This document shows positions 18,678-30,112 of a stretch of DNA of 64,000 nt, one piece after another. The stretch's first letter is position 1. Every line of letters starts with the position of its first letter. A program made the translations under genes and the position numbers. Origin of the DNA: an uncultured Clostridia bacterium (lineage in GTDB: Bacteria > Bacillota > Clostridia > Christensenellales > Borkfalkiaceae); the NCBI GenBank assembly GCA_934247935.1, contig CAKQKE010000003.1, forward strand, positions 12,964 through 76,963, in the 5' to 3' direction. The notes beneath the pieces are model-generated. The model had not been told where the DNA came from and searched no databases. It was given only the letters and a program-made list of their open reading frames with translations.

Positions 18678-19298
18678 TTATTTTATTATTTTTTGTATAC
18701 GATTAAATATCTCGTCTACGTCGCCTTCTCCGTCTACTCTATATAAAATTCCTTTCGCCTTGTAATACTCGATTAAAGGCTCGGTTTGATTGTGATAAAC
18801 GGAAATTCTTTTCTTGACCGTTACTTCGTTGTCGTCGTCTCTTTGAATGATTTGTTCGCCGCACTTTTTACAGTCTTTCCTGTCCCCGATAAATTTTACG
18901 TGATAAGATTCGCCGCACTTGGGGCAAACTCTTCTTCCCGTAATTCTGTCGAGAAGTTTATCGAATTCGACATCGATATCTATTACGTAATCCACTTTAG
19001 CAATCTTGTCGAAAGCGTTTGCTTGCGCTACAGTTCTGGGGAAACCGTCAAGAAGATAACCGTTTTTACAATCGTCTCTCGAAATTCTGTCTTCAACCAA
19101 AGCAATAGTTACTTCGTCCGGCACAAGTTGACCTTTGTCTATATACGACTTGGCTATCACGCCCGTAGGTGTGCAATGCTTGATGTTGTCACGAAATATA
19201 TCGCCGGTTGAAATGTGAGGTATTCCGTACTTTTCACACAACTTCGACGCTTGAGTGCCTTTACCCGCACCGGGTGCTCCCAACAAAATGATATTCAT
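18678..19298 (-). CDS. adk: Adenylate kinase (zinc-lid form)
   Basis: GAPGAGKGTQ P-loop; CPKCG...CKKCG lid. Confidence 0.96.
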   Translation of the reverse strand: MNIILLGAPGAGKGTQASKLCEKYGIPHISTGDIFRDNIKHCTPTGVIAKSYIDKGQLVPDEVTIALVEDRISRDDCKNGYLLDGFPRTVAQANAFDKIAKVDYVIDIDVEFDKLLDRITGRRVCPKCGESYHVKFIGDRKDCKKCGEQIIQRDDDNEVTVKKRISVYHNQTEPLIEYYKAKGILYRVDGEGDVDEIFNRIQKIIK

Positions 19299-19300
19299 AA

Positions 19301-20626
19301 TTATTTCAAGAATCCTTTATAGTTCTTCATCATGATTTGCGATTCGAGAGCCGTGTTAAACTCGAGTGCTACCGATACCGCAATCAACATTCCCGTCGCA
19401 CTGAATACGGAAGATACCGAAGGATCGATAATTCTGAAAATAATCGACGGAATTAACGCTATAAGAGCGAGGAATATCGCGCCGAAAAGCGTAATTCTCT
19501 TGGATATCTTCTTGAGATATTCGGTCGTCGGTCTTCCTGCCCTGATACCGGGAATGAAGCCGCCGTTTTGTTGAATACTCTTGGATATGTCATCGGGATT
19601 AAACTGAATTTGATTATAGAAAAATGCAAAAGCGAATATAAGCACGCAAAGCACTATCATATATAACCACGAATTCGTACCCATCCAGTTGGACCACCAA
19701 CGAGCAGCCTTTGACATGGGCCAGAACATCGTAATGATAAGTTCGGGGAAGGAAACGATGGAGAACGCAAAGATAAGGGGCATTACGCCGTTTGCGTTTA
19801 CCTTAATAGGTATTACGGTCGATTGTCCGCCGTACATCTTTCTTCCTTTAACTTGTTTTGCGTATTGTACCTGAATTTTTCTTTCCGCACCGTCTACAAA
19901 TACGATACATCCGAAAATGATTATAATCGCAATTACGTACCAAAGCAAAGTCCAGAAACCCTCTTTGCTTGCAGACGTGCCGAACGCGCCGCCTAACAAT
20001 CTGATAACCGCTTGTCCCGCAGTTGCAAGGATACCGGCAAAGATAAGAAGCGATATACCGTTGGATACACCGTAATCCGTGATTCTTTCACCGATCCAAA
20101 CTACTACTACTGCGCCTGAACAATAGAATATAACCGCTATCGCGTAAGCGAGGAACGTACCGAATCCGCCGCCGCCCAAAAGAACTGCGAGCGGTGTCGA
20201 AGTAGTCGAATTTTTCAAATTGCCGCCAAAGTTGATAAGAATACCGATAGATTGAATTATTGCGAGTACCAATGCAAGTATTCTTGTGAGAGAGTTGATT
20301 TTTCTTCTTCCCTCTTCTCCTTCTTTCGACCATCTTTCAAGTCTGGGGAATGCAACCGTCAAAAGTTGTACGATAATCGAAGAGTTGATATACGGGCTGA
20401 TACCGAGCGCGAACCAAGTTCCGCTTGCAAGGCTTCCGCCTGTCATCATACTCATTATTCCGAGATACGTTACGCTTCCTAACGTATCCTGGTCGATTAG
20501 TTGGCTGCCGATTCCCGGTACGGGAATATAACAACCGAATCTGTAGAACAACAAGAGCAAAAAGGTAAAAATAATTTTATGTCTTACCTCTTTTATCTTA
20601 AATGCGTTTTTAAATGTTTCTAACAT
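19301..20626 (-). CDS. secY: Preprotein translocase subunit SecY
   Basis: 441-aa polytopic protein at the canonical position between rplO and adk. Confidence 0.96.
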   Translation of the reverse strand: MLETFKNAFKIKEVRHKIIFTFLLLLFYRFGCYIPVPGIGSQLIDQDTLGSVTYLGIMSMMTGGSLASGTWFALGISPYINSSIIVQLLTVAFPRLERWSKEGEEGRRKINSLTRILALVLAIIQSIGILINFGGNLKNSTTSTPLAVLLGGGGFGTFLAYAIAVIFYCSGAVVVVWIGERITDYGVSNGISLLIFAGILATAGQAVIRLLGGAFGTSASKEGFWTLLWYVIAIIIIFGCIVFVDGAERKIQVQYAKQVKGRKMYGGQSTVIPIKVNANGVMPLIFAFSIVSFPELIITMFWPMSKAARWWSNWMGTNSWLYMIVLCVLIFAFAFFYNQIQFNPDDISKSIQQNGGFIPGIRAGRPTTEYLKKISKRITLFGAIFLALIALIPSIIFRIIDPSVSSVFSATGMLIAVSVALEFNTALESQIMMKNYKGFLK

Positions 20627-20660
20627 GTTAATTCCTCCGCCTTATCAGTTTGAAAAACAA

Positions 20661-21107
20661 TTAAACTTCTTCGCAAGTGCCGCCGGCTTTTTCAATCGCC
20701 TCTTTTGCACTCTTGGAAAACTTATTTGCCTTTACGGTGAGGGCAACTTTCAATTCTCCGTCGCCAAGCACCTTCAAACCGACAGCACCCTTAACTTCTT
20801 TAATCTTTCCTTCGGCATACAACATATCGTAATCTACAACCGTGTTTGCCTCAAACTCGTTGAGTTGATTTACGTTTACGATTTCGTATTCCTTTCTGAA
20901 GTAATTATTAAAGCCTCTCTTGGGTACTCTTCTTGTAAGGGGCATCTGACCGCCTTCAAATCCCGGTCTTACGCCGCCTCCGCTACGAGCCCATTGTCCT
21001 TTGTGACCCTTTCCGCTGGTCTTACCTAAACCCGAACCGATGCCTCGACCAAGTCTTTTCTTGCTTTGTCTCGAACCTTCAGCCGGTCTTAATGTATCAA
21101 TTCTCAT
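20661..21107 (-). CDS. rplO: 50S ribosomal protein L15
   Basis: [19 protein letters not shown]. Confidence 0.95.
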   Translation of the reverse strand: MRIDTLRPAEGSRQSKKRLGRGIGSGLGKTSGKGHKGQWARSGGGVRPGFEGGQMPLTRRVPKRGFNNYFRKEYEIVNVNQLNEFEANTVVDYDMLYAEGKIKEVKGAVGLKVLGDGELKVALTVKANKFSKSAKEAIEKAGGTCEEV

Positions 21108-21118
21108 ATCTGCACCTC

Positions 21119-21301
21119 TTAAACTTTCTCTACTTTTACAAGGTGGTCTACAACTTTAAGTTGTCCCTGCAACGTTGCGCTGTCCTTAAATACTTTGGAC
21201 TGTCCGATTTTCTTTAAGCCGAGTGCCGCAATAGTATCTTTTTGAACTTTGATACATGCTATCGTACTCCTTACGAGAGTAACCTTAACCTGATTTTCCA
21301 T
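21119..21301 (-). CDS. rpmD: 50S ribosomal protein L30
   Basis: 60-aa protein, VTLVRSTI...LGLKKIG, at the expected position. Confidence 0.93.
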   Translation of the reverse strand: MENQVKVTLVRSTIACIKVQKDTIAALGLKKIGQSKVFKDSATLQGQLKVVDHLVKVEKV

Positions 21302-21314
21302 TTTAAAGTCCTCC

Positions 21315-21836
21315 TTAACCTAAAATTTCTTCGACAGTCTTTCCGCGAAGGGCTGCTATTTGCTCTGCCGTCCTTGTGGTCGCCAATCCTTCGATTGCGG
21401 CTTTTACCATATTAACGGGGTTTGTAGTACCGTGCGACTTAGTTCTGATGTTCTTTACGCCGCATGCTTCCATTACCGCACGAACGGGACCGCCCGCGAT
21501 AACTCCGGTACCTTCTTCAGCCGGCATCATAAGCACCGAACCTCTACCGAATTTTCCTACAACCGTGTGAGGAATAGTAGTGCCGACAAGCGCGACTTGT
21601 TTCATATTCTTCTTTGCTTGTACGGTTGCTTTATCTATTGCTTCGGGAACTTCTTTCGCTTTACCCATTCCGTAACCTATCTTGCCGTTTTCGTCGCCTA
21701 CGACTACAAGAGCGGCAAAACGCATGATACGTCCGCCTTTTACAACCTTTGTAATACGGTTAACGGAAATAAGTTTTTTGCAAAAACCGTCTTTCTCTTC
21801 CTGTCTTCTTTGTGGTCTGCTATTTCTTTCTGCCAT
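21315..21836 (-). CDS. rpsE: 30S ribosomal protein S5
   Basis: [24 protein letters not shown]. Confidence 0.96.
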   Translation of the reverse strand: MAERNSRPQRRQEEKDGFCKKLISVNRITKVVKGGRIMRFAALVVVGDENGKIGYGMGKAKEVPEAIDKATVQAKKNMKQVALVGTTIPHTVVGKFGRGSVLMMPAEEGTGVIAGGPVRAVMEACGVKNIRTKSHGTTNPVNMVKAAIEGLATTRTAEQIAALRGKTVEEILG

Positions 21837-21851
21837 TTTAATCTCCTCCCG

Positions 21852-22220
21852 TTAGAATTTCAAGCCGGCTTCTCTGGCGCCGTCAGCCAAACACTGAACT
21901 CTTCCAGTATAGAGATATCCTCCTCTGTCGAATACGACAGTTTCGATACCTGCTGCCAATGCTCTTTTACCAACTTCTTGTCCTACGATTTTTGCAGCCT
22001 CGCTCTTCGTCTTTCCTTCGATGAGAGCCATAACAGACTTTTCGACCGTACTTGCGCTAGCCAAAGTCTTGCCTTGTACGTCGTCTATTACTTGCGCATA
22101 AATGTGATTAAGGCTTCTGTAAACGCAAAGCCTCGGACATTCGGCTGTTCCGGAAATATGCTTTCTGACTCTTTCGTGTCTTCTCAATCTTTCTTGATTT
22201 TTATCCGTTTTTGAAATCAT
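21852..22220 (-). CDS. rplR: 50S ribosomal protein L18
   Basis: [18 protein letters not shown]...[12 protein letters not shown]. Confidence 0.96.
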   Translation of the reverse strand: MISKTDKNQERLRRHERVRKHISGTAECPRLCVYRSLNHIYAQVIDDVQGKTLASASTVEKSVMALIEGKTKSEAAKIVGQEVGKRALAAGIETVVFDRGGYLYTGRVQCLADGAREAGLKF

Positions 22221-22233
22221 AATTTACACTCCT

Positions 22234-22794
22234 TTACTTACCGGCTGTCTTGCCTTCCTTACGTTCGATTACTTCATCCTTATAGCGGATACCGTAGCCG
22301 TGGTAAGGTTCGGGCTTGCGAAGAGACCTTATAGTCGACGCAACCTGACCTACTTGAACTTTATCGATGCCCTTTACGGAAATTTCGGTTATTGCAGTGC
22401 AAGTAAGCGTAATTCCTTCGGGTGCTTTAAATTCGATGGGGTGAGAATATCCTACGTTCAATACGATATCCTTGCCTTGTTGTTGAACTTTCCAACCTAC
22501 ACCGGATATAACGAGCGATTTTTCAAAACCTTTCGTTACGCCTGTAATCATGTTGGCTAAAAGTACTCTGTAAAGTCCGTGGTATGCTTTTGCTTCGAGT
22601 TCGTGTCCCTCTTTTACGTCAAAAGTAGCCTTATTCGTCTCAACCGTCAAATTGAGTCTTTTATTGTCGAATTCCTGCGTAAGTGTGCCCAAAGGTCCGG
22701 TTACCGTAATAACGTTTTCCTTTACGTCTACTTTTACGCCTGCGGGAATTTCAACAGGATGCTTACCGATTCTCGATTTGCTTATCTTTTCCAT
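22234..22794 (-). CDS. rplF: 50S ribosomal protein L6
   Basis: SRIGKHPVEIPAGV...PEPYHGYGIRY. Confidence 0.96.
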   Translation of the reverse strand: MEKISKSRIGKHPVEIPAGVKVDVKENVITVTGPLGTLTQEFDNKRLNLTVETNKATFDVKEGHELEAKAYHGLYRVLLANMITGVTKGFEKSLVISGVGWKVQQQGKDIVLNVGYSHPIEFKAPEGITLTCTAITEISVKGIDKVQVGQVASTIRSLRKPEPYHGYGIRYKDEVIERKEGKTAGK

Positions 22795-22809
22795 TTCGAT
22801 TCCCTCCGA

Positions 22810-23202
22810 TTACCAGATATAAGCAAGCACTTCTCCGCCGTGACGAAGTTTTCTTGCTTCTTTATCTGTCATTATGCCCTTGGGTGTAGATACGATGGCA
22901 ATGCCCATTCCGCCGAGAACCTTCGGCAAATCTTCATAGCCCGCATATACTCTGAGACCCGGTCTGGATACTCTCTTTAAACCGGTAATAACCATTTCGC
23001 CCTTGGGACCGTATTTCAAATCGATTACTATTTTAGCATCGATTCCTTCACCTTCTACCTTATAGCCGTTGATGTAACCTTCGGATAGAAGAATTTGCGC
23101 TATTTCCGCCTTCATTTTCGACGAAGGAACTTCTACTTCTTCGTGTTTAGCGGTCAATGCGTTTCTGATTCTTGTAAGCATATCTGCGATAGGATCTGTC
23201 AT
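22810..23202 (-). CDS. rpsH: 30S ribosomal protein S8
   Basis: [15 protein letters not shown]. Confidence 0.96.
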   Translation of the reverse strand: MTDPIADMLTRIRNALTAKHEEVEVPSSKMKAEIAQILLSEGYINGYKVEGEGIDAKIVIDLKYGPKGEMVITGLKRVSRPGLRVYAGYEDLPKVLGGMGIAIVSTPKGIMTDKEARKLRHGGEVLAYIW

Positions 23203-23218
23203 TTTCTTCTTCCTCCTT

Positions 23219-23404
23219 TTACCAACTTGCTTTCTTTACGCCGGGAATCTGACCCTTATAAGCCAATTCTCTGAAACATACACGGCAAACGCCGTATTTA
23301 CGAAGAACGGCGTGCGGTCTTCCGCAGATGCTGCATCTCGTATATGCTCTCGTTGAATATTTAGGTGTTTTTTGTTGTTTATTTATCATTGCTTTCTTTG
23401 CCAT
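23219..23404 (-). CDS. rpsN: 30S ribosomal protein S14, type Z (zinc form, 61 aa)
   Basis: [25 protein letters not shown]. Confidence 0.95.
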   Translation of the reverse strand: MAKKAMINKQQKTPKYSTRAYTRCSICGRPHAVLRKYGVCRVCFRELAYKGQIPGVKKASW

Positions 23405-23419
23405 AAATATTCACTCTCC

Positions 23420-24013
23420 TTATGCTTTAAAAGGCATTCCCATTGCCTTTAACAATTCTCTTGCTTCTTCATCCGTGTTTGCGGTAGTAACGAAGCAAAT
23501 GTCGAATCCTCTTACTTTCTCTACCTGGTCGTATTGAATTTCGGGGAATATCAACTGCTCTTTAACGCCCATAGCGTAGTTACCTCTGCCGTCGAAAGAC
23601 TTTGAAGGAACACCCTTGAAGTCTCTTACTCTCGGCAATGCTATAGAAACGAGTTTGTCGAAGAAATCGAACATTCTCGTACCTCTGAGGGTAACTTTGA
23701 TACCGACGTTCATGCCTTGTCTTATTTTGAAGTTTGCGACGGACTTTTTAGCCGTGGTCAACACGGGCTTTTGTCCTGCGATAAGCGTAAGTTCTTGTTG
23801 AACGGTTTGTACGCTCTTTGCATTGTCCTTTTGTTCTCCGAGACCGCCGTTGATAGTAATTTTTACAAGTTTAGGAACTTGGTTTACGTTTTTATAGTTA
23901 AAACGTTTCATAAGATAAGGCACTACTTCTTTTTTGTAGTTTTCCTTAACTCTGCTTACATAATTGGAATCGGTTGCAGTTTCCTTAGCAACCTGAGTCG
24001 TTTTGTTAGCCAT
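23420..24013 (-). CDS. rplE: 50S ribosomal protein L5, with an N-terminal extension of about 18 aa
   Basis: [26 protein letters not shown]. The first ATG has a GGAG RBS. Confidence 0.95.
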   Translation of the reverse strand: MANKTTQVAKETATDSNYVSRVKENYKKEVVPYLMKRFNYKNVNQVPKLVKITINGGLGEQKDNAKSVQTVQQELTLIAGQKPVLTTAKKSVANFKIRQGMNVGIKVTLRGTRMFDFFDKLVSIALPRVRDFKGVPSKSFDGRGNYAMGVKEQLIFPEIQYDQVEKVRGFDICFVTTANTDEEARELLKAMGMPFKA

Positions 24014-24036
24014 TTATTTTCTCCTTATTAAATTGC

Positions 24037-24429
24037 TTATTCGGCGTCTTTTGCCGCAGCCTTCTTCTTGGTAGTCTTCTTTGCTGCTTTTGCCGCTTGA
24101 GCCTTCTTGGACTCTACTTTTGTATCGAGAACAGCACCGCACTTCTTGCATACTCTTACTTTTTCTTTACCTTCGCCCTTATAAGCAACTCTTGTTGCTT
24201 TTTTGCAAGCGGGGCAAACAACGAGTACGTTAGATGCGTCGATAGGACCGCATTGGTCTACTATTGCGCTTACTTCGTTTGCGGAACGAGCCTTTTTAGC
24301 CCTCTTTTGTACGTTGATTCCGTCTACCGTAATAGTGTTTTTGTCGGGATTTGCAACAAGAACTTTACCTGTCTTGCCGTTGTCCTTACCCGTAAGTATA
24401 AGGACAGTATCATTCTTTTTAACTTTCAT
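24037..24429 (-). CDS. rplX: 50S ribosomal protein L24 with a CxxC...CxxC insertion and a Lys/Ala-rich tail
   Basis: KOW motif KKNDTVLILTGKDNGKTGKV. Start at ATG 24429 (GGAGG 8 nt upstream) rather than the track start 24462, which would overlap rplN. Confidence 0.93.
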   Translation of the reverse strand: MKVKKNDTVLILTGKDNGKTGKVLVANPDKNTITVDGINVQKRAKKARSANEVSAIVDQCGPIDASNVLVVCPACKKATRVAYKGEGKEKVRVCKKCGAVLDTKVESKKAQAAKAAKKTTKKKAAAKDAE

Positions 24430-24442
24430 TTCAAATACCTCC

Positions 24443-24811
24443 TTATAAAACTTCGGGAGCAAGAGATATGATTCTCATGTAATCTTTATCTCTGAGTTCT
24501 CTCGCTATGGGTCCAAAGATACGAGTACCTCTGGGTTGCTTCTGAGCGTCGATGATTACCGCTGCGTTGTCGTCGAATCTGATATACGTTCCGTCGGGTC
24601 TTCTGATTCCCTTTTTAGATCTGACGATAACCGCCTTTACAACGTCGCCTTTTTTTACCGTTCCTCCGGGAGTAGCCGTCTTAACACTTGCAACGATTAC
24701 GTCGCCAATGTTACCACTTCTTCTGAAAGAACCGCCTAAAACTCTTATGCACATAATTTCTTTTGCGCCGGAGTTGTCTGCTGCTGTTAATCTTGTCTGT
24801 GGCTGTATCAT
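24443..24811 (-). CDS. rplN: 50S ribosomal protein L14
   Basis: [27 protein letters not shown]. Confidence 0.97.
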   Translation of the reverse strand: MIQPQTRLTAADNSGAKEIMCIRVLGGSFRRSGNIGDVIVASVKTATPGGTVKKGDVVKAVIVRSKKGIRRPDGTYIRFDDNAAVIIDAQKQPRGTRIFGPIARELRDKDYMRIISLAPEVL

Positions 24812-24829
24812 ATTAGCATCCTCCTCTTA

Positions 24830-25084
24830 TTACTTCGCCTTTTCTATAATCTCGGCAACTCTCCAATTCTTCGTAGCGGATAATTTTCTCGTTTCAACGA
24901 TTCTTACCTTATCGCCTACGCCGCACTCGTTGTTTTCGTCGTGCGCCTTGAATTTCTTTGATTTAGTGATTGTCTTTTTATATAAGGGGTGTTTACTCTT
25001 CTCTTCGATGAGTACTACTACCGTCTTATCCATTTTGTCGGAAACTACGAGTCCGACTCTTTCTTTTCTCAAATTTCTTTCCAT
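24830..25084 (-). CDS. rpsQ: 30S ribosomal protein S17
   Basis: [16 protein letters not shown]...[19 protein letters not shown]. Confidence 0.96.
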   Translation of the reverse strand: MERNLRKERVGLVVSDKMDKTVVVLIEEKSKHPLYKKTITKSKKFKAHDENNECGVGDKVRIVETRKLSATKNWRVAEIIEKAK

Positions 25085-25098
25085 TTATCCGTCCTCCA

Positions 25099-25299
25099 TT
25101 AAGCGTCAGCCTTGATTTCTCTCTCGCGGATAACTGTCTTTACTCTTGCGATATCCTTCTTTACTTGTTTAAGTACGCAAGGATTCTCGAGTTGACCCGT
25201 AGCGTGACGGAAACGAAGGTTAAACAACTCTTCTTTAAGTGAAACCAATTTTGCCTGCAATTCATCATTAGTCATTCCGTGAACTTCATTTGCTTTCAT
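25099..25299 (-). CDS. rpmC: 50S ribosomal protein L29
   Basis: [16 protein letters not shown]. Confidence 0.95.
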   Translation of the reverse strand: MKANEVHGMTNDELQAKLVSLKEELFNLRFRHATGQLENPCVLKQVKKDIARVKTVIREREIKADA

Positions 25300-25730
25300 T
25301 AACCTTCACCGCCTTCTGTTTCAATTTCTTTCTTAACGAATTTAACTTTACAAGGAAGTTTATATCCCGCAAGTCTCATTGCTTCTCTTGCAGTCGCTTC
25401 ATCGACTCCCGCCATCTCGAACAAAACTCTGCCCGGCTTAACGACGGCTGCCCAATATTCGACGCTACCTTTACCGCTACCCATACGAGTTTCGGCAGGC
25501 TTTGCCGTGATAGGCTTATGAGGGAATATATCTATCCATACTTTACCGCCACGTCTCGTGAATCTCGTCATTGCGACTCTGGCTGCTTCTATCTGGTTTG
25601 CCGTGACCCATGCGCAAGACTCGGCAACAAGTCCGTATTCGCCGTAAGCGATTTTGTTACCCTTATTTGCCTTGCCCGTCATTCTTCCGCGGTGAACTCT
25701 TCTTCTTTTTACTCTTTTAGGCATTAACAT
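25299..25730 (-). CDS. rplP: 50S ribosomal protein L16
   Basis: [19 protein letters not shown]. Confidence 0.97.
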   Translation of the reverse strand: MLMPKRVKRRRVHRGRMTGKANKGNKIAYGEYGLVAESCAWVTANQIEAARVAMTRFTRRGGKVWIDIFPHKPITAKPAETRMGSGKGSVEYWAAVVKPGRVLFEMAGVDEATAREAMRLAGYKLPCKVKFVKKEIETEGGEG

Positions 25731-25732
25731 AA

Positions 25733-26395
25733 TTACGCTTCGCCTCCTTCAACCTTCTTGGCAGCACCGAGTACTTCTCCTTTGTAAATCCATACTTTGA
25801 TGCCGATCGCTCCGAAAGTGGTGTGTGCGGTTGCAGTACCGTAATCGATGTCTGCGCGGAGAGTCTGAAGAGGAATAGAACCCTCGTGATACTCTTCCGA
25901 TCTCGCGATTTCTGCGCCGTCGAGTCTGCCGCCGCATTTAATCTTGATACCCTTTACACCCAATCTCATAGAGCGGGAAATTGCTTGTTTCATCGTCCTT
26001 CTGAAAGACGCTCTCTTTTCAATCTGGCTTGCTACCGATTCTGCAACGAGTTGCGCGTCGATATCGGGTTTTTTAATTTCGACGATATTGATTGCAACTG
26101 TCTTGCCAACCGCGATTTTAGCAAGGTTTTTCTTCATTACCTCGATTTCGGAACCTGCTTTACCGATAAGTACTGCGGGTCTTGCGGTGTAAATAGTGAC
26201 AGACACTCTGTTTGCCGCTCTTTCGATGGTAATTTTGGATACTGCGGACGCCTCGTATTGCTTTTTGAGGAATTTTCTTATTTCGTAATCTTCTTTAATG
26301 AATGCGGAAAAATTCTTTCCTTCGGCATACCACGAAGTATCCCAATCTTTTATAACGCCCACTCTGAGTCCGTGGGGATTAACTTTTTGTCCCAT
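25733..26395 (-). CDS. rpsC: 30S ribosomal protein S3
   Basis: [18 protein letters not shown]. Confidence 0.97.
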   Translation of the reverse strand: MGQKVNPHGLRVGVIKDWDTSWYAEGKNFSAFIKEDYEIRKFLKKQYEASAVSKITIERAANRVSVTIYTARPAVLIGKAGSEIEVMKKNLAKIAVGKTVAINIVEIKKPDIDAQLVAESVASQIEKRASFRRTMKQAISRSMRLGVKGIKIKCGGRLDGAEIARSEEYHEGSIPLQTLRADIDYGTATAHTTFGAIGIKVWIYKGEVLGAAKKVEGGEA

Positions 26396-26412
26396 TGATA
26401 CATCTCCTCCTG

Positions 26413-26796
26413 TTAAGCAACGTCAAGTATAACCGTAATGTGGCTCGTACGTTTCAAAATCCTGTATCCTCTACCCTTGCCTACGGGTCTCATTCTCTTG
26501 AGAGACGGTCCCATATCGGCGTAGCATTCAGCAACTTTGAGGTCGTTTACGTTCATATTGAGGTTGTGCTCGGCATTTGCTGCCGCGGAAAGTACAACCT
26601 TTTTGATGGGTTCTGCGCCGGCTTTGTTGCAGTTATCCAGAATTGCAACAGCCTCTCTTACTCCCTTGCCTCTGATTATATCGAGAACTACTCTTACTTT
26701 ATAAGGAGAAATTCTGATATATTTAGCGCACGCGTGCGGTCTTTTATCTGCAGTCTCCGCACGTTTTGCTGCTCTTTTCTTCATATTACCAGCCAT
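26413..26796 (-). CDS. rplV: 50S ribosomal protein L22
   Basis: [18 protein letters not shown]. Confidence 0.95.
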   Translation of the reverse strand: MAGNMKKRAAKRAETADKRPHACAKYIRISPYKVRVVLDIIRGKGVREAVAILDNCNKAGAEPIKKVVLSAAANAEHNLNMNVNDLKVAECYADMGPSLKRMRPVGKGRGYRILKRTSHITVILDVA

Positions 26797-26814
26797 TTTT
26801 TATCTCCTCCCGTA

Positions 26815-27096
26815 TTATTTCGCGCCGGTCGTCTTGGAATTGCCGGCATGTCCTTTAAACGTTCTCGTGGGAGCGAACTCACCGAGTTTGCATCCGACCA
26901 TATCTTCCGTAACATATACGGGTACGTGCTTTCTTCCGTCGTAAACGGCGATCGTGTGACCGACCATTTCGGGGAATATTGTCGACGATCTCGACCACGT
27001 CTTGAGAACTTCTTTTTTGTTTTGTGCGTTGAGAGCCTCTACTCTTGCTAACAATTTCGCTTGGACGAAAGGTCCTTTTTTAACACTTCTACTCAT
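26815..27096 (-). CDS. rpsS: 30S ribosomal protein S19
   Basis: [10 protein letters not shown]...[17 protein letters not shown]. Confidence 0.97.
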   Translation of the reverse strand: MSRSVKKGPFVQAKLLARVEALNAQNKKEVLKTWSRSSTIFPEMVGHTIAVYDGRKHVPVYVTEDMVGCKLGEFAPTRTFKGHAGNSKTTGAK

Positions 27097-27108
27097 TGTT
27101 TAACCCTC

Positions 27109-27936
27109 CTAGTTAACTCTCTTAAGAATAAACTTGTTAGTTCTATTCTTCTTCTTTCTCGTCTTATAACCCATTGCAGGTTTACCCCACGGAGTTACAG
27201 GTCCGGATCTACCTACGGGGCACTTACCCTCGCCGCCACCGTGCGGGTGATCGCACGGGTTCATAACAGAACCTCTGACGGTGGGTCTTACGCCCATATG
27301 TCTCGACTTACCGGCTTTACCTACTCTCACGATTTCGTGGTCGAGGTTGCCGACTTGTCCGATTGTTGCTTTGCAGTTGATTGCAACGAGTCTCATTTCG
27401 CCGCTGGGCATCTTAATCGTCGCATACTTGCCTTCTTTAGCCATAAGTTGTGCGGCTACGCCTGCGGATCTGACGAGTTTTGCACCTCTGCCCGCTTGCA
27501 ACTCAACGTTGTGAATCATTGTACCTACGGGGATATCTTCGAGTTTAAGGCAGTTACCTACTTTGATATCTGCATTGCTGCCCGATTCGATTACGTCGCC
27601 TACTTTAAGTCCTACGGGTGCAAGAATGTAGGATTTAGAGCCGTCTTTATATACGATGAGGGCGATGTTAGCCGTTCTGTTGGGATCGTACTCGATTGTC
27701 TTTACCGTTGCGGGAACTCCGTCTTTAAGTCTCTTGAAATCGATTACTCTGTATTTTTGTCTGTTTCCGCCACCTTGATGTCTTACGGTGATTCTACCTT
27801 GCGCGTTTCTGCCGGCGTTTTTCTTCTTGGTTTCAAGCAATGATCTTTCCGGAGTAGTGCAAGTGATTTCCTCAAACGAACTTACCGTCATGAAACGGCG
27901 AGCGGGTGAAGTCGGTTTATATCTTTTAATACCCAT
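27109..27936 (-). CDS. rplB: 50S ribosomal protein L2
   Basis: [15 protein letters not shown]. Confidence 0.97.
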   Translation of the reverse strand: MGIKRYKPTSPARRFMTVSSFEEITCTTPERSLLETKKKNAGRNAQGRITVRHQGGGNRQKYRVIDFKRLKDGVPATVKTIEYDPNRTANIALIVYKDGSKSYILAPVGLKVGDVIESGSNADIKVGNCLKLEDIPVGTMIHNVELQAGRGAKLVRSAGVAAQLMAKEGKYATIKMPSGEMRLVAINCKATIGQVGNLDHEIVRVGKAGKSRHMGVRPTVRGSVMNPCDHPHGGGEGKCPVGRSGPVTPWGKPAMGYKTRKKKNRTNKFILKRVN

Positions 27937-27951
27937 TGTGAATTCCTCCTA

Positions 27952-28242
27952 TTAAGTCAAAGAATCGAAGAACGCAATGCTCTTGCTGTCTTTCTTTAAC
28001 TGAACGATGGCTTTCTTGTAAGAAGGAGTGTAACCTTGCGTTCTGCCCATTCTTTTAAGTTTGCCTCTGCAGTTTACCGTATTTACCTTCTCTACTTGTA
28101 CGTCGAACAACTTTTCAACAGCCGTCCTTATTTCAGTTTTGTTTGCGGTTTTTGCAACGACGAAAGTGTATTTTTTATTTTCGATACCCGCATAACTCTT
28201 CTCTGTAAGTAGAGGTTTCAAAATAATATCTCTTGCTTCCAT
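27952..28242 (-). CDS. rplW: 50S ribosomal protein L23
   Basis: ILKPLLTEKS...FVVAKTANKTEI. Confidence 0.95.
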   Translation of the reverse strand: MEARDIILKPLLTEKSYAGIENKKYTFVVAKTANKTEIRTAVEKLFDVQVEKVNTVNCRGKLKRMGRTQGYTPSYKKAIVQLKKDSKSIAFFDSLT

Positions 28243-28865
28243 TATTCTCCGTAAACCTCCTCTAATTTTTCTACAGCGCCCTTAGCCATAACCACGACTG
28301 CGTTTTTAACGATATCGTAAGTGTTGAGTTGTTCTACGGGAAGCGTGTTTACCTTTTCAAGGTTTCCGCATGCCCTCAAAACGAGTTCGTCGCTGTTATT
28401 CATTACCAAAAGTACAGTCTTGTCGAACTTCATAGCGTCGAGAAAAGCAACCATTTCTTTGGTCTTTCCGTTTTCAACCTTGATTTCGTCGATTACATAT
28501 ACTTCATTGTCTGCAAGTTTTGTGGAAAGCGCGCTGAACATTGCCGTTCTTCTTGCAACAACGTTCATCTTCTTCGAGAAGTCTCTGGACTTGGGTGCGA
28601 ACACGACGCCGCCCTTGATCCATTGCGGTGCTCTTGTAGAACCTTGACGGGCATTACCCGTGCCTTTTTGTCTCCAAGGTTTTTTACCGCCGCCGCGAAC
28701 TTCCGTTCTCGTCAAAGTGCTTTTTGTTCCTTGTCTTTCGTTTGCAAGTCTCGTAACGACTGCTTGATGAATAAGCGCTTCGTTGTATTCGATTGCAAAC
28801 AAATCGCTAAGTTCCATTGTGCCGGTCTCAAGACCTTTCATATTATATACTTTTACACTTGGCAT
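28242..28865 (-). CDS. rplD: 50S ribosomal protein L4
   Basis: RGGGKKPWRQKGTGNARQGS. Confidence 0.96.
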   Translation of the reverse strand: MPSVKVYNMKGLETGTMELSDLFAIEYNEALIHQAVVTRLANERQGTKSTLTRTEVRGGGKKPWRQKGTGNARQGSTRAPQWIKGGVVFAPKSRDFSKKMNVVARRTAMFSALSTKLADNEVYVIDEIKVENGKTKEMVAFLDAMKFDKTVLLVMNNSDELVLRACGNLEKVNTLPVEQLNTYDIVKNAVVVMAKGAVEKLEEVYGE

Positions 28866-28880
28866 AGTCTTTCACGCTCC

Positions 28881-29510
28881 TTATTTAACGCTGTCGGCGA
28901 TAGTAACGTAACCGCCTCTCGGTCCCGGTATTGCGCCCTTGATAAGTAAGGCGTTTCTCGCCACGTCAACCTTAACGATTTCAAGGTTTTGAATCGTAAC
29001 GTTTTCATGACCGTATTGTCCGGGCATAAGTTTGTTTTTGAAAACTCTCGACGGACTGCTGTTTGCACCCATAGAACCAACTTCTCTGTGTACGGGTCCT
29101 ACACCGTGCGTTTCCTTTAATCTGTGATGATTCCATCTTTTAATAACACCGCTGAAACCGTGACCCTTAGTAACGCCCGCTACGTCTACTTTATCGCCCT
29201 GAGCGAATTTTTCAACCGTAACCACGTCGCCTACGTTGTAGGAAGCAAGGTCTTCGAGTCTGAACTCTTTAAGTACTCTTTGCGGTGCAACTCCTGCCTT
29301 TTTGAATTGACCGAGTTCGGGCTTGTTTAAAGCCTTTTCTTTCGCCTCGTCAAAACCGAGTTTTAAAGCGGCATAGCCGTCTCTTTCAACCGTTTTGATT
29401 TGGACAACCGGACACGGACCCGCAACGACTACCGTAACGGGGATTACTTTTCCGTCAGAGGAAAAGATCTGTGTCATACCCATTTTCTTTCCAATGATTG
29501 CTTTATTCAT
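28881..29510 (-). CDS. rplC: 50S ribosomal protein L3
   Basis: [11 protein letters not shown]...[16 protein letters not shown]. Confidence 0.96.
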   Translation of the reverse strand: MNKAIIGKKMGMTQIFSSDGKVIPVTVVVAGPCPVVQIKTVERDGYAALKLGFDEAKEKALNKPELGQFKKAGVAPQRVLKEFRLEDLASYNVGDVVTVEKFAQGDKVDVAGVTKGHGFSGVIKRWNHHRLKETHGVGPVHREVGSMGANSSPSRVFKNKLMPGQYGHENVTIQNLEIVKVDVARNALLIKGAIPGPRGGYVTIADSVK

Positions 29511-29556
29511 AGATAAAGTTCACCTCCAAATATATTTACAATTTAATTTTTGCCGA

Positions 29557-29856
29557 TTATAACTTGATCTTGATGTCTACGCCTGCGGGGAGGTGTATGC
29601 TTTCAAGTATCTTCGCATTTGTCGAATAAATGTCGATAAGCCTCTTGTGCGTTCTGATTTCGAATTGCTCTCTGCTGTCCTTATACTTGTGGGGAGAACG
29701 CAAGATAGTAACTATTTCCTTCTCTGTGGGAAGTGGAATAGGTCCGCTTATTTTCGCGCCGACTTTCTTCATCGCTTCAACGATGCGCTCTGTTGCCTGA
29801 TCGACCATCTTAGCGTCGTAGGCTGCCAATTTAATTCTCATTTTTTGTCCTGACAT
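29557..29856 (-). CDS. rpsJ: 30S ribosomal protein S10
   Basis: [10 protein letters not shown]...[21 protein letters not shown]. Confidence 0.96.
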   Translation of the reverse strand: MSGQKMRIKLAAYDAKMVDQATERIVEAMKKVGAKISGPIPLPTEKEIVTILRSPHKYKDSREQFEIRTHKRLIDIYSTNAKILESIHLPAGVDIKIKL

Positions 29857-29924
29857 GTTAATTCCTCCGATTTATACTAACATTTTTATTCAACATTGCC
29901 GTGTGTATCGCACCCTTTGGCATT

Positions 29925-29961
29925 AAAAAAATCATTCGCACTGTGTGTTTAAAGCGAATGA
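29925..29961 (-). terminator. Terminator-like hairpin with a U-run inside the S10 operon leader (candidate attenuator)
   Basis: On the minus strand, UCAUUCGC-N14-GCGAAUGA is followed by UUUUUUU, about 70 nt upstream of the rpsJ ATG. Confidence 0.45.
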
Positions 29962-30112
29962 CCTGTCATACCACCCGGGTCCGTAGTTAGTCGCAGAGAT
30001 TGAGTCTCCACATTTGTCAATGAAAATTATCTTTCTTCCTTACAGCGGGGTCCGGAACCCGTTATCGGTCGAATTAAGTAACTTTTCATCTCAACCCATA
30101 TTACACAGCCTA

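Noticed and set aside
15900-29853. Many plus-strand ORFs of 60-284 aa inside the ribosomal cluster (for example 17285..18010, 21360..22214, 24552..25115, 27061..27843, 28329..28949).
   Set aside because: All lie antisense to unmistakable r-protein, secY or rpoA genes and show no protein-like features.
30040-30065. GGTCCGGAA string suggesting the SRP (4.5S/scRNA) domain IV tetraloop.
   Set aside because: The flanks do not continue as GGAAGCAGC, and the complementary 5' strand of helix 8 is absent on either strand.
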